From: the human T2T-CHM13v2.0 reference genome, Homo sapiens
Direction: 5' to 3' (one strand)
Length of the DNA stretch: 64,000 nt
NCBI RefSeq assembly: GCF_009914755.1
Contig: NC_060927.1
A program made the translations under genes and the position numbers. The notes under the pieces are model-generated. The model was not told the DNA's origin and did not search any database. It worked only from the letters and a program-made list of their open reading frames with translations. Shown one piece after another: positions 14,746 through 27,110 of the stretch (positions are counted from its first letter, which is position 1; each line of letters opens with the position of its first letter).

Positions 14746-15596
14746 GGTGGGCAAATGCACTCTGAGTGTATCTACTTATTCAAAAAGGCCTGTCTGGAAT
14801 TTACATTTCTTCACATGGATTGAAATGCCTCCCCTGGATAAAAGAATCCAAGCTTTTATAAAAGATATCATTTTAAAGATATCTTCAATAAGGCTCATGA
14901 TTGAGAGTGCAGCAGTAGAGACCATATTTTTGAGGATAGCCAAGAAAAATCTGAGTAAATACTGGGTTTGTCTTTCTTTTCTGCTTTCCTGCCTGAGCAG
15001 TCAGCAGACCTGCGAGGGCACTGCTGTGGCACCTACTGCACTGTTGTTGCTTAAGCTTTGTGCCAAGAGTATTTGCCAGCCTGAGTTGGAGCTGGCTGCT
15101 GCTAGTGTTGCTCCAACTGAGATGTCTAGTTAAGTCCTGCTCTTTTGTGAACTGAATAGCAGTCTTTCTGGCACTGCCTGGAGCTTTCATATCATTGTCA
15201 TTTTCAGCAAAAGGAATAAAATTTTCAGTAAGATAGGCTCCCCAAGTAGAAACCAAGCCCGCTTTGAGTTTGTAATTAACGTACAGATCATACTGATAGC
15301 CTGGCCACTGAAAATAATTATTGAAACAAAGTTGGTATAAATACAATAAATAAATGCATTCTTCAATACAGACAGTTCAGAGCTGCTTAGACTATGTTAT
15401 GATAAAAACAGTGTAGGAAACAGTTTTTAAATAGTCTTCTAGTACCTAACTTTTGTATTTTAGATAAATAGCTTAGAATGCTGGTGTCCAAATCAAAAAA
15501 CTATCAAATCTAAATTAATGTGAATTCCATGGAGGCTTTTTGCAAGTGGTCTTTTGCACATGTGAAATGCCTGCTTTGTTTTTGCATTTGTAACAG

Positions 15597-15731
15597 CCTT
15601 TTTGAATTAGATTACAAACCAACCCTGTTTCTTGGGACCAGCATCACCACCAGGCTGGTTCTGAAGAACTGTCGTCTTTCAGTTAGACACCCACACGTCT
15701 CACTGAATTGCTCCCATCTGAAAACAATGAG
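15597..15731 (+). other. Candidate non-coding exon (135 nt)
   Basis: Acceptor CTTTGTTTTTGCATTTGTAACAG and donor GAG|GTAATT; an upstream donor TCA|GTAAGA lies at 15228. Confidence 0.3.
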
Positions 15732-16389
15732 GTAATTCACTATCCAAGTGCTCTCCAACAGACCGAAAGCATCAGTACCAAGCTGAAATCTTCAAATAAG
15801 GGAGGCTTTCAATGTTTGTCTAAAACTCCTTAACCTACTTGCAAAAAGAACAGAGACCATTTATTGTCTGGAAGAGTGATCTGGGACAGAAGACAGGAGA
15901 AAGGGAAAGCAGAAAACTGATGCCTGCTGATCTGATTCTCCAAACTAAACTCTAAAGCTGATATTAACCATGAGCAGAAATATGTCTTGTTCAAACAGCA
16001 CATACATTGGCTGGCTGTGGGGTGCTAGGCTGAATTTAAATGGAGCTGAGGGAAGTGCTGTGTGTCAACCTCTTCGTGCCTTATCATGTTCGAAGTGGAT
16101 TAACCTCATCAAGCATTGATCTGTTTCTGTAACAAGTTGTGACGGCTAACTGCTCTCTCTGCACCGCACGAATGGAGGTATTATTGCCATTGAATTTTAA
16201 GCCCTGGTGACTCACTGTGCTGAGCCTTATGTCTAGCAACTGAGAGAAGAAGAACTCAGCATCCAGCTTTTTTTTTTTGAGTGCCCAGAACAAGTCATGT
16301 ACATTTTCCAAGCACTTGTCCTCTATTTAGTCCTGAATCTTAGTTTATGCTGCAGTAGGCCAACTTATTATTACTGCCTACTATACATT

Positions 16390-16534
16390 TGTCTTTTCCA
16401 CTAGAAAGAGAACTTCTCAAGTAAAGGAATGTGTGTTTCCTTGTCTGTGACCTACCATTTTATCCCCAGCACCTGGCATCCCAGTGTTTGAAAATTTGTA
16501 GACGTTCAATAAATAGTTGCTGAGTGACTGAATG
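16390..16534 (+). mobile_element. L2 3'-end fragment
   Basis: CCCCAGCACCTGGCA...TTCAATAAATAGTTGCTGAGTGACTGAATG. Confidence 0.65.
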
Positions 16535-16799
16535 TTTGAAAACATCTCCTGCTAGTAAGAGCAAGTTGACAGTTAACCTTAACAGATGCTATTAATCTGG
16601 AAATAACATTTTTTTCCTGCTTGCCTACTGACACTTAAACTATTTCCTGGGACCAGACAGGAAAGACAATGACATCTCTTGTTTTATTACTATAAGAGAA
16701 TGATTGACTAAAAAATAGTAGCTTTGTACTTCATAAGTCCAAGTGCCATCATATTCACTGGTTGCTTTTAATCAGTTACTCTGAGCTGCGTTCTTATTC

Positions 16800-17440
16800 A
16801 AAGAATATTAAAGCAGGAAGAACCTCAGAGATTTGCTAATCCAATTTGTGACAAAGCCAAGACTGGAAACCAGATCTCACTGTTCTACTCATTGTGACAC
16901 TATGGTCCCACCTTTTCATTTACAAATGCATAACACGCACTGAAGCATTAAATCCCTCACCCCAAATCCCCATACTGCAAGTCAAGACAGAGTCAGGGCT
17001 GGAAAACCAGCACATGAAGTTGTAGTTCTAGTAGGAATCAAAGAAACTCAGCTCTCTGAGTTTTTCCCATGATTTCTATGAATAGTAAATGAACACATAT
17101 TCTGTATATGGTGCCCATCCCATGATGAAATAGACAGCTGTGGAATCTCAGGGTTGGGAGGGATCTCAGATCCCATTAAACCACGCCCCTCCTTGGTCTT
17201 GGCTATTATATCTCCAGTGCTTGGAAACTCATGCACACAACCTCCTTTTCTCAGCACATATTGAATAAATCTAATTATTGGAAAGTTCATTCTTTAGAGC
17301 AAACATACAACTTTCCCTCATTGGTTTAATATGTATCCTTTGGGACTAGAGAGAGTAGGATTAAGCCCTCTTGATTATTCTAGGACCATGCTATCTGAAC
17401 AAATTGCATTGCCTCCACAAGTCATCTCTCCTTTAGGATA
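16800..17440 (-). mobile_element. MIR/MIR3 and L3(CR1) fragments
   Basis: TTCATTTACAAATG...CAGGGCTGGAAAACCAG (MIR); GAATCTCAGGGTTGGGAGGGATCTCAG...TAATTATTGGAAAGTTC (L3-like); highly diverged. Confidence 0.45.
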
Positions 17441-18724
17441 TATATCTGTCCACTGTATTCTTATTGCCATGGAAACTGTATGACTCAAGTGGTACACACA
17501 TAAAGAGTAGCATTCAACTACCTAGAAAATAACCTAGGAATCAAAATGATGGAAAACGATACAAAGTGGTAACAATTCATAAATGAAATAAATACAACAT
17601 GAAAAGTAATTAAAAATAAACACAATTTATATTTATTAAAGAGATTGTCTTTTCACGAGTAAAGATAGGGACTCTGGGAATAAAAACAAAAGTGGTAGAG
17701 AGGGCGGGTAAGATGAAGATTTTCTACGGCAGTTGCTCAAACCTTAAGCAGCCCCTTGGTAATGACAGTAGGTTCATTTTCATTGTCTCTGAGGTACGGG
17801 ACCACTAAAATAAAAACAACAATTTAAAAACTTCCAGAGAGCTTTGACATCTGTAAGAATAGCTCAAAGCCATTGTGTGTATTACATGGATACCACATTG
17901 CATCAGTTATTTCAGGAAATTGTAAGATAAAAAAGTTTAAGATGACTGCAAAGGATTGAGGAAATAATCAAAAGATTGACCAAGTTTATGCATGAAGCAC
18001 TGAAAATTGAATGTTTGGCCAGCATCTCCAGTTTCCTGTGGTTTCAGGGACAGAACCAATAAGCCCTGATGTTCATCTTTTGTTAGCCACCGACTTATTT
18101 TGTTAAGAAAACAGAAGTGCCTGTAAACTGGAATTAGAACAAGAGAGTAGAAAATTTCATTTCAAATTTGCTGAGCATAAAAGTTGAGGGTTGGGCAACA
18201 GCCAAGAGAACAAATCTGTAAAGTAGAGTAAAGCATTAAGGAAATCTTTTGTACTTTGGGAGAGAAAATAAAGTATAAAAAACACTGTCAGAAAGATAAT
18301 TTTGATCTTCCCTAAATTACGGACTTTTGTAACTGTGCATAAAGATGTTACAAAAATTGTTTCATCCAAGCGACTTCCCTCAGAGTCCAAACAAACAGTA
18401 GCGTAGAAACATTATTTGAATGTTTTTGATTCAAAAATACAATTAAAGAGGAGCTAAGATTGCTTTCAGAAGGGTCAAGATACATTAGATCAGTGTCTCC
18501 TTTAGGGCTTTCCTTCAACAGGAAGATTTGCTGTTTCCAAGCAGTCTGGCCACCACTTCTGATGACAGCTCCTTCTGAACAAAAAAAGTTCCATTTCCCT
18601 TTTCTTCCTTTTCCCTAGTGTTTCAAACTCTCCATTCATTTTTAACTCTATTTTCAATGACAAAAATTAAGAAATGATGAGGCTGTCTCTAAACATGACT
18701 CTGGGATAAGGTAAAGAATGTATA

Positions 18725-19052
18725 CAGTCAGCCCTTTGTATCTGTGAGCTCTATATCCACGGATTTAACCAATAAAAAATATTCAGAAAAAAACAAAATT
18801 GTATCTGTACTGACACGTACAGACTTTTCTTTTCTTGTCATTATTCCATAAACAATATAACAGCCAGTCACATAACATTTACATTGTGTTCAGCATTACA
18901 AGTAATTAGAGATGACTTACAGTATACAAGAGGATGTGCATAAGTTATATGAAAATACTTTATCTTTTTCTGTAAGGGACTTGAGCCTCTGTGGATTTTG
19001 GTACCTGGGGAGGTCCTGAAACCAATCTCCCATGCATACCAAGGAACAGCTG
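18725..19052. mobile_element. MER2 (TcMar-Tigger non-autonomous DNA transposon)
   Basis: CAGTCAGCCCT...CAGCTG termini; internal GTCATTATTCCATAAACAAT and AGGGACTTGAGC motifs; TA on the left. Confidence 0.85.
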
Positions 19053-19286
19053 TCTCACTTCATCCCTGAGAGTCTACCTGTGAAAATAGTCATAGCCAAC
19101 ATCTTGTACATACAAGTTCCATAATAATGTTCTTCATTTGTAGGCAAATGGCAAATATTGCAGCCTCACATCTTCATTTACTTATAGAAGATAATTCTTT
19201 CACTTCTGCACATGTCTGCTGTGTAAATGGCAAGTCAACTGTCTATAAATTTTATATTTTACTTTATTAATTTTTAAAAATTATGA

Positions 19287-19589
<303 letters not shown>

Positions 19590-19594
19590 TAAGT

Positions 19595-19765
19595 TTTTAA
19601 ATGGGCTTTATTTAGAACAGTTTTAGGTTCACAGCAAAATTGAGCAGAAAGTAGGGAGTCTCCATATACCCTGCCACCACACATGCACAGACTTCCCCAC
19701 TATCAATATTCAGAATCAGAGTGGTACGTTTGTTGCAATAGATGAAACTACATTGACATATCATT
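19595..19765 (-). mobile_element. L1MC/L1MB 3'-end fragment
   Basis: TTAGAACAGTTTTAGGTTCACAGCAAAATTGAGCAGAAAGTA matches a reversed L1MC1-type terminus. Confidence 0.75.
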
Positions 19766-20463
19766 TTTCTTTACTTTTAAAGTGTACAGTGCCATTGAGC
19801 ACTTTTGGTCAGACTTCTAACTCAGCCTATGGCAATGAAATCCAACTCTATTAGTAATATTTTATATCCCAAATTATTTAACGTTATTGCTTATCTTTAT
19901 TAAAATCAAATGATCAATTAGCAGCAAACATCTAATAATGTTAAAGCCTAATGTTCAGGTAGTTCAGATTCATTTTTTATCAGATGTCATTGATACATCC
20001 TGAAGGGTCATCTCAGATCCAGAAAATCAGAAGTTTCTTATCTTGCATTACTAGGAAAAGAATGTGACATGGCTGTTTATACTGTCTGGGATTTGTGACT
20101 TTGTCATACGCTTGGCAATCTCCAAAACCAAAATTTCATTTTGTCTTTGAAACATTTTGCTTTTTGGCTACTGTGACCATAAAATATTTTCTCCAAGAAA
20201 CATCAAATCCTGCACAATTTAAAACATAAATAGGCTATTTAGGGTCCTGCTGTTTTACAAAGAAAAGGCCATTTATATTTCAGTGACCTCTATGTTAATG
20301 CAGCTGATGTGAGTATATAAAACAGGCTAACGGATGTATAGCCAAATGTGACCAGCTAACACTATTTTTTTCATGATGGATTTATTTATAGAGTGGAAAG
20401 TCAAATTGTAAAGTTGAAAAACATGATTTTCCAAGTAAGGTGAACCTGGGTTTGAATCCCTCC

Positions 20464-20763
20464 TTTTTTTTTTTTTTTTTTTGAGACAGGGTCTTGCTCT
20501 GTTGCCAAGGCTGGAGTGTAATGATGTGATCACAGTTCACTGCAGCCTCGACCTCCTAGCTCAAGCGATTCTTATGCTTCAGCCTCCGGAGTAGCTGGGA
20601 CTACAGGTGTGTGCCACCACACCCGGCTAATTTTTGTATTTTTTGTAGAGATAGGATCTTGCCATCTTGTCCAGGATAGTTTTGAACTCCTGGGCTCAAG
20701 CTATCTGCCTGCCTTGGCCTCCCAAAGTGCTAGGATTTACAGGCGTGAGCCACTGCATTTGAC
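20464..20763 (-). mobile_element. Alu (AluJ) inserted in a MIR
   Basis: Reverse Alu; MIR core CCTGGGTTTGAATCC lies before it and GTGACTTCGGGCAAATTACTTAAC after it. Confidence 0.93.
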
Positions 20764-20954
20764 AGATGCGAGTCTTGGTTTAAGCACACAGTTGGTGAGT
20801 GACTTCGGGCAAATTACTTAACTCTGCTGAACTTCATGTTTCAGTCTGTGAAGCAAGCCTAAGCATATCTACTTTGTAATGTTGGTGTCTGGAGAGGATT
20901 AGTAATAATATATTTAGAGCCCATGGCATATAGTAGGCACTCACATTATTACGC

Positions 20955-21180
20955 AATGAGAGTAAAAAGCACTGACTCTGGAGACAGACCAGGTATCTAA
21001 GCTTGGGCAAATTATTACACTTCTCTATGCTTCCTTTTCCTCATCTAAAAATGGTGATAACCACAGTAACTGCCTCATAGAGCTCTTGCAAGAATTTTAA
21101 AGATAATAGTCAACTCATGCAAATTGCTTACAACAATGCCTGGCACATAGTAAATGTTAAATAGTGTTTGCTATAATTAT
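20955..21180 (+). mobile_element. MIR
   Basis: CTTGGGCAAATT...TTTCCTCATCTAAAAATGG...TGCCTGGCACATAGTAAATG. Confidence 0.8.
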
Positions 21181-21665
21181 AGTTATTTCAAAGGACTAAT
21201 ATATTATCTTGGATTGGAAGCAACTACAGAGAAGAAAAACTATGTCAATTACCATAATACCTAGACAAGATTTTAGTTGATGTTATCAATTGATGGTCTA
21301 GTGCTTCACTTTATTTATTTATTATTTTTATTATTCTTTATTTGAAACCTATTATGTACCTTTAGGCAGTTCAGGTAGTTTCCCAATTTAGAATCACCAC
21401 AATGCCTGGCACATAGTAAATGTTAAATAACGTTTGCTATAATTATAGTTATTTCAAGAACTAATATATTATCTTCTATTGGAAGCAACTACAGGGAAGA
21501 AAAACTGTGTCAATTACTGTAATACCTGGACAAGATTTTAGTTGATGTTATCAATTGATGGTCTAATGATTCACTTTATTTATTTATTATTTTTATTATT
21601 CTTTATATAAAACCTATTATGTATCTTTAAGCAGCTCAGGTAGTTTCCTAATTTAGAACCACAAT
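21133..21665. repeat. 266-bp tandem duplication (2 copies, roughly 90% identical)
   Basis: Copy 1 starts at 21133 and copy 2 at 21399, both ACAATGCCTGGCACATAGTAAATGTTAAATA..., co-linear through GGTAGTTTCC(C/T)AATTTAGAA. Confidence 0.95.
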
Positions 21666-21839
21666 AAAATGTTCTGTATGAGTTGATAAAAATTTTGCTT
21701 CCCAAATTATTTCCTCCACAGCTTTTAGCATTAAAGTACAATTTGCTTTCCATGAACCAGTGTCTCAATTTCTAATTGAAAAAAATTAGAAATAAGACTT
21801 TGAAGTACCACCTAAAATGGTCATGTGTTCTAGAAAGCT

Positions 21840-22310
21840 ATGATACAGTGGAAAAATCATTAGACCTGGTGTTAAACACACCTAAGTTTAGTCCCAGCTC
21901 TGACACCTACTAGCTATGTGATGTGAGGAATGTCAATTATTATCTGAGTCTAATTTCTTCATATGCAAAAGACATGATTGTGTAAAAATATCATAATGTA
22001 TGCACTGTCCTATACATTCTGAAGTGACACAAAGACATAAATATCTGATGTTTAATTTTTGGTGAGGTGATTAAAATCTACAGGTCCGATGACAACCTGT
22101 CTGAGGACAAGTTCTTGCTCTACTGCTTAGTTGGTGTCATTGCCAAGTTAGTTAACCTCATTATCACTCAATCTCTTCATCTATGAAATGGAGATAGTAA
22201 CAGTATTTACCTCAGTTATTGTGGAGATTAAGTAAACCAATTCACAGAAAAGGCCAAGAATAAGCTCTGGCAAAGCAAGTTCCCAATAAATATTAGCCAC
22301 CATTATCATC
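21840..22310 (+). mobile_element. Two MIR fragments
   Basis: TCCCAGCTCTGACACCTACTAGCTATGTGA; CTTCATCTATGAAATGGAGATAGTAACAGTA...AATAAATATTAG. Confidence 0.65.
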
Positions 22311-24032
22311 TCTGGAATATAAGATTTAAACACATACAACCACAAGAAAATAAGATAGTATAATTTAAATGCTGCAAAATAGAGCAAAAAAAATCAAGTG
22401 CCAGAATGAAAAATGCTGACAGGATATCAATATTCTGAGAAAGAATGCTATGGGGAGTATGCATCCCAGTTCAAATTTTTGATATGTGAAATCAACCAGC
22501 TATTGTATTTTATAAAAACTTATCGATTTTCTGTATTTTCAGAACTTTCCAGTGGTAGGACAACACGTTTCTGATCTCTCAGGGCACAGCAGATTGCACA
22601 GAATAGGTCTTTCTTTAAGGGTGGGTTACATGGAGAAAATCAGCTTCATTTGGGTAATGATATGATTACTAAATTTCTAAAATCAGATTTGTGATTTTAG
22701 AAAGGGTCAAACTAATTTAGAAGCAACTTTGTTCTAAATATACGTGAGATTTGAAATTTATTATTAAATCAAATATTTTAAAATCAACACAGGAAATTAC
22801 TATTTAAATTATGTTGTAACACTCCTTTTTGTATACTTAGGAAACTAGGGATTTGCTTATACAAATTGCTGTTCAAGTGAGGTAATTCTATTCTGTTTCA
22901 TATGTTATAACAAGCAAAAGAAAGCAAAACAAAACAAAATGGGGGGAGAATCCCACTTTTGATTATGTTTGATAATTTCCAGTATTTCTTAATATTTCTC
23001 TTAGAATTTTTAAATGGGAAAATGTAGATTTTTAGCATTTAGACTCTAATGATGCAAGTTAGTGACTGTTTTGTGGCATCAATTAGATTTGTAGCTTGTA
23101 ATTAATGCTTCAGTAAATTCAGGATTTGAACAATTTACAGCAGGTTCCCATTTTCCCCTTGAGATAAAAATGATAGCCTCAGCTGCTATGACAGCTGCCA
23201 AATGAAGAGAAACTTTGGCACACCGAGATTATTGTGGCTGGAAAGAAATGAAGTTGTTTTTCCCTTCTAAATACGTAGTTATTAGTCAAGGAATCAATGC
23301 CTTTGAAATAAATAAAATGGTTTGTATCGTTGTACCTGAAAGCATAATAGATTTAAGCCTTGAATGTGCTTTGCAAGAACAAGGTATAATAAACCTGTCA
23401 GACTTAAAAATTTCAATAACTTACATATTTTGCTTCCATTTTTTTAAGATATGAAAGAAACACATAGTTCCCAGGAATATTTCAAAATTACAAAATATAT
23501 AAAACAATTACAAAGGTACAGGAATAATATAACATTCATGGATATATACACGAATCAAATTAAGGAAGAAGCATATGCAAATCTGCTAGAGACAACTGCT
23601 TAACCCTCTCTTGACCACATCCATCAATCCTTTCCCCTTTCCCATCTTCTACACTATCAATTCTCATATGTACACACATATTTTCTGGACACTTTTACTA
23701 CATATGTCTGTATTCCTAAAGAACCTATACCACTGCTTTATATGCTTTAAGGTTTATATGAATGACATCATGAATTCTAAAAACATGCTATATCTCTCCA
23801 TTTTGAAGTTATTCTTTGGTAGCCTGAAGTACTATTTTTTATTTCTTTTATAAATACTTTACATATGGGAAAATATACATTTTCCTAGGCTTTTCATATT
23901 TTACTGGCTATTATTACTTTTTTATATTACATTTTAAATTGTTTAATACTTAACACTCATGCCTCTCATAGTTTGTGTAATAGATTCTCATAGATTCTCT
24001 AATTCTTTTTTTCCCAGGTACTATTCCAAGTG

Positions 24033-26466
24033 TTTTATTTATTTATTTATTTATTTATTTATATTTTATTTTAAGTTCAGGGGTACGTGTGCAGGATGTG
24101 CAGATTTGTCACACAGGTAAACATGTGCCATGGTAGTTCGCTCCACAGATCATCCCATCAGCTCGATATTATGCCCGGCATCCATTAGCTATTCTTATTG
24201 ATGCTCTCCCTTGTCTCCCAACTCCAAATCCTCCAACAAGCCTCAGTGTGTGTTGTTCCTTCCCATGTGTCAGTGTGTTCTCATCGTTCAGCTCCCACTT
24301 ACAAGTGGAAACATGCGGTGTTTGGTTTTCTGTCCTTGTATTAGTTTGCTGAGGATAAAGGCCTCCAGCTCTATCTATGTCCCTGCAAAGGACAGGGTCT
24401 CACTCCTTTTTATGGCTGCATAGTATTCCATGGTGTATAGGTACCACATTTCCTTTATCGAGTCTATCACTGATGGGCATTTAGTTGATTCCGTGTCTTT
24501 GCTATTGTGAATAGTGATGCAATGAACATGCATGTTCATTGTATCTTTATAGTAGAATGATTAATATCTCTTTGTGTATATACCCAGTAATAGGATTGCT
24601 GGGTCCAATGGTATTTCTGCCTCCAGGTCTTTGAGGAATCGCCACAGTGTCTTCCATGATGGTTAAATTAATTTACGCTCCTACCAACAGTGTAAAAGCA
24701 TTCCTTTTTCTCCACAACCTCACCAGCATCTGTTGTTTTTTGACTTTTTAATAATAGCCATTCTGAGGGGTGTGAGATGGCATCTCATTGTAGTTTGGAT
24801 TTGCATTTCTCTCATGATCAGTGATGTTGAGCTTTTTTTTATATCTTTGTTGGCTGCATGTATGCCTTCTTTTGAGAAGTGTCTGTTCATGTACTTTGTC
24901 CACTTTTTAGTGGGGTTGTTTGTTTTTTTCTTGGAAATTTGTTTAAGTTGCTTATAGATGTTGTATATTAGACTTTTGTTAGATGGGTAGATTGCAAAAA
25001 TTTTTTCCCATTGTGTAGGTTGTCTGTTCACTCTGATGATAGTTGCTTTTGCTGTGCAGAAGCTCTTTAGTTTAATTAGATCCCATTTGTCAATTTTTCT
25101 AATTATTGCAATTGCTTTTGGTGTTTTTGTCATGGAATCTTTGCCCATGCCTATGTCCTGAATGGTATTGCCTAGATTTTCTTCTAGGATTTTTATAGTG
25201 TTGAGTTTTACATCCAAATCTTTAATCCATCTTAAGTTGATCTTTGCATATAGTGTTATAAATGGGTCCAGTTTCAATTTTCTGCATATGGCTGGCCAGT
25301 TCTCACAGCACCATTTATTAAATAGGGAATCGTTTCTTCATTGCTTATTTTTGTCAGGTTTGTTGAAGATCAGATGGTTGTAGGTATGTGGTCTTATTTC
25401 TGGGTTCTCTATTCTGTTCCATTGGTCTATGTGTCCTTGTACAAGTACTATGCTGTTTTGGTTCAGTAACTTTGTAATATAGTTGGAAGTTGGGTCACAT
25501 GTTGCCTCCAGCTTTGCTCTTTTTGCTTAGGATCATCTTGGGTATTTGGGCTCTTTTATGGTTCCATATGAATTTTAAAATATTTTTTTCTAATTCTGTG
25601 ATGAATGTCAATGGTGGTAATGGAAACAACATTGAATCTATGAATTGCTTTGGGTAGTATGGCCATATTCATGATATTGATTCTTCCTATTCATGAGTAT
25701 GGAACATTTTCCCATTTGTGTCCTCTCTGATTTCCTTGAGCAGTGGTTTGTAGTTCTCTTTGAAGAGGTTCTTTACTTCCCTTGTTAGGTGATTTTCTAG
25801 GTATTTTATTATTTTTGTGGTATTTTATTATTTTTATTATTTTATGAATGGGAGTTCATTCATGGTGTGGCTCTTGGCTTGCCTGTTGGTGGTGTATAGG
25901 AATGCTAGTAATTTTTGCACATTTATTTTGCATCCTGAGAGTTTACTAAAGTTGCTTATCAGCTTAAGAAGCTTTTGGGCTTAGTTAATGGGGTTTTCTA
26001 GATATAGGATCATGTCATCTGCAAACAAAGAGAGTTTGACTCCTCTCTTCTTATTTGAATACACTTTATTTCTTTTTCTTTCCTGATTGTTCTGGCCAGA
26101 ACTTCCAATATTATGTTGAATAGGAGTGATGAGAGAGGCTGGTTTTGAAAGGGAATGCTTCCAGCTTTTGCCAGTTCAGTATGATATTGGCTGTGGGTTT
26201 GTCATATATGACGCTTATTATTTTGAGGTATGTTCCTTCAATACCTAGTTTACTGAGCATTTTTAACATGAAGGGACGTTGAAATTTTCAAAGGCCTTTT
26301 CTGCTTCTATTGAAATAATCATGTGGTTTTTGTATTTAGATCTGTTTATGTGATGAATTACATTTATTGATTTGTGTTTGTTGAACCAACTTTGCATCCC
26401 AGGAATGAAGCCTACTTGATCGTGGTGGATAAGCTTTTTGATGTGCTACTGAATTTGGCTTGTCAG
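24033..26466 (-). mobile_element. 5'-truncated primate L1 (L1PA13-16-like), about 2.4 kb
   Basis: (TTTA)n tail; 3' UTR signature CACAGATCATCCCATC...CATCCATTAGCTATTCTT; ORF2 homology; 16-bp TSD AGATT(C/T)TCTAATTCTT at 23992 and 26465. Confidence 0.95.
24720..25277 (-). pseudogene. L1 ORF2p C-terminal remnant (185-aa open segment)
   Basis: [66 protein letters not shown] match L1 ORF2p; non-functional fragment. Confidence 0.9.
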
Positions 26467-26639
26467 ATTTTCTAATTCTTATATCTTATTCCATTTGGTT
26501 TTCTTTTGCCATGTGTGAATGTGTGTATGCATGCATCTATCTCAGTAATTATGTTTTTCATCTATACTCTTTTTGTTCTATTTTTATTTAAAACAAGTTA
26601 TCTTGAATCTCTATAATACTTAATGGAGGTTTTTAAAAA

Positions 26640-27110
26640 ACTTTATTTTAATTGGAATAAGAGCACTTAACATGAGATCTACCATCTTAATACATTTTTT
26701 AGTGTACAATACAATCCATTATTGTTGACCACAGGTGCAATACTGCACAGCAGATCTCCATAGCTTAACTGATACTTTATGCTAATTCATTAGTAACTTT
26801 CCATTTCCTCATTCCCACAGCCCCTGGCAATTATCCTTGTGTTCTTTGGTGCTATAAATTTGACTATTTTCAATAACTCACATAAGTGAAATCATGTAGT
26901 GTTTGTCTTTTTGCAACTGGCTTATTTCATTTAGCAGAATGTCCTCAAGGTTCATCTATGTTGTCAAAAATGGCAGATTTCCTTCTTGTTTAAGGCTGAA
27001 TAGTATTCCATTTTCAGAGAACTATCATTGTTTTCAGTAGTGTACCACATTTTCTTTATGCATTCATCTGTTAATGGGCATTTAGGTTATTTCCAAATCT
27101 TGGCTGCTAT
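26640..27110 (-). mobile_element. L1MA9/10-like 3'-end fragment
   Basis: CTTAACATGAGATCTACC...CAGCCCCTGGCAA...CATAAGTGAAATCATG...AAGGCTGAATAGTATTCCATT. Confidence 0.8.

Noticed and set aside
14747-15346. Overlapping 128-aa (+) and 153-aa (-) ORFs in unique sequence
   Set aside because: Both begin at non-ATG codons in the ORF track, show no recognisable domain or protein-like composition, and are within chance length for a 64-kb window.
22543-22620. Possible 78-nt exon (TTTTCTGTATTTTCAG ... AGG|GTGGGT), and a similar 54-nt one at 48026-48079
   Set aside because: Only one boundary is strong in each case, such pairs are common by chance, and joining the candidate exons gives no recognisable protein.
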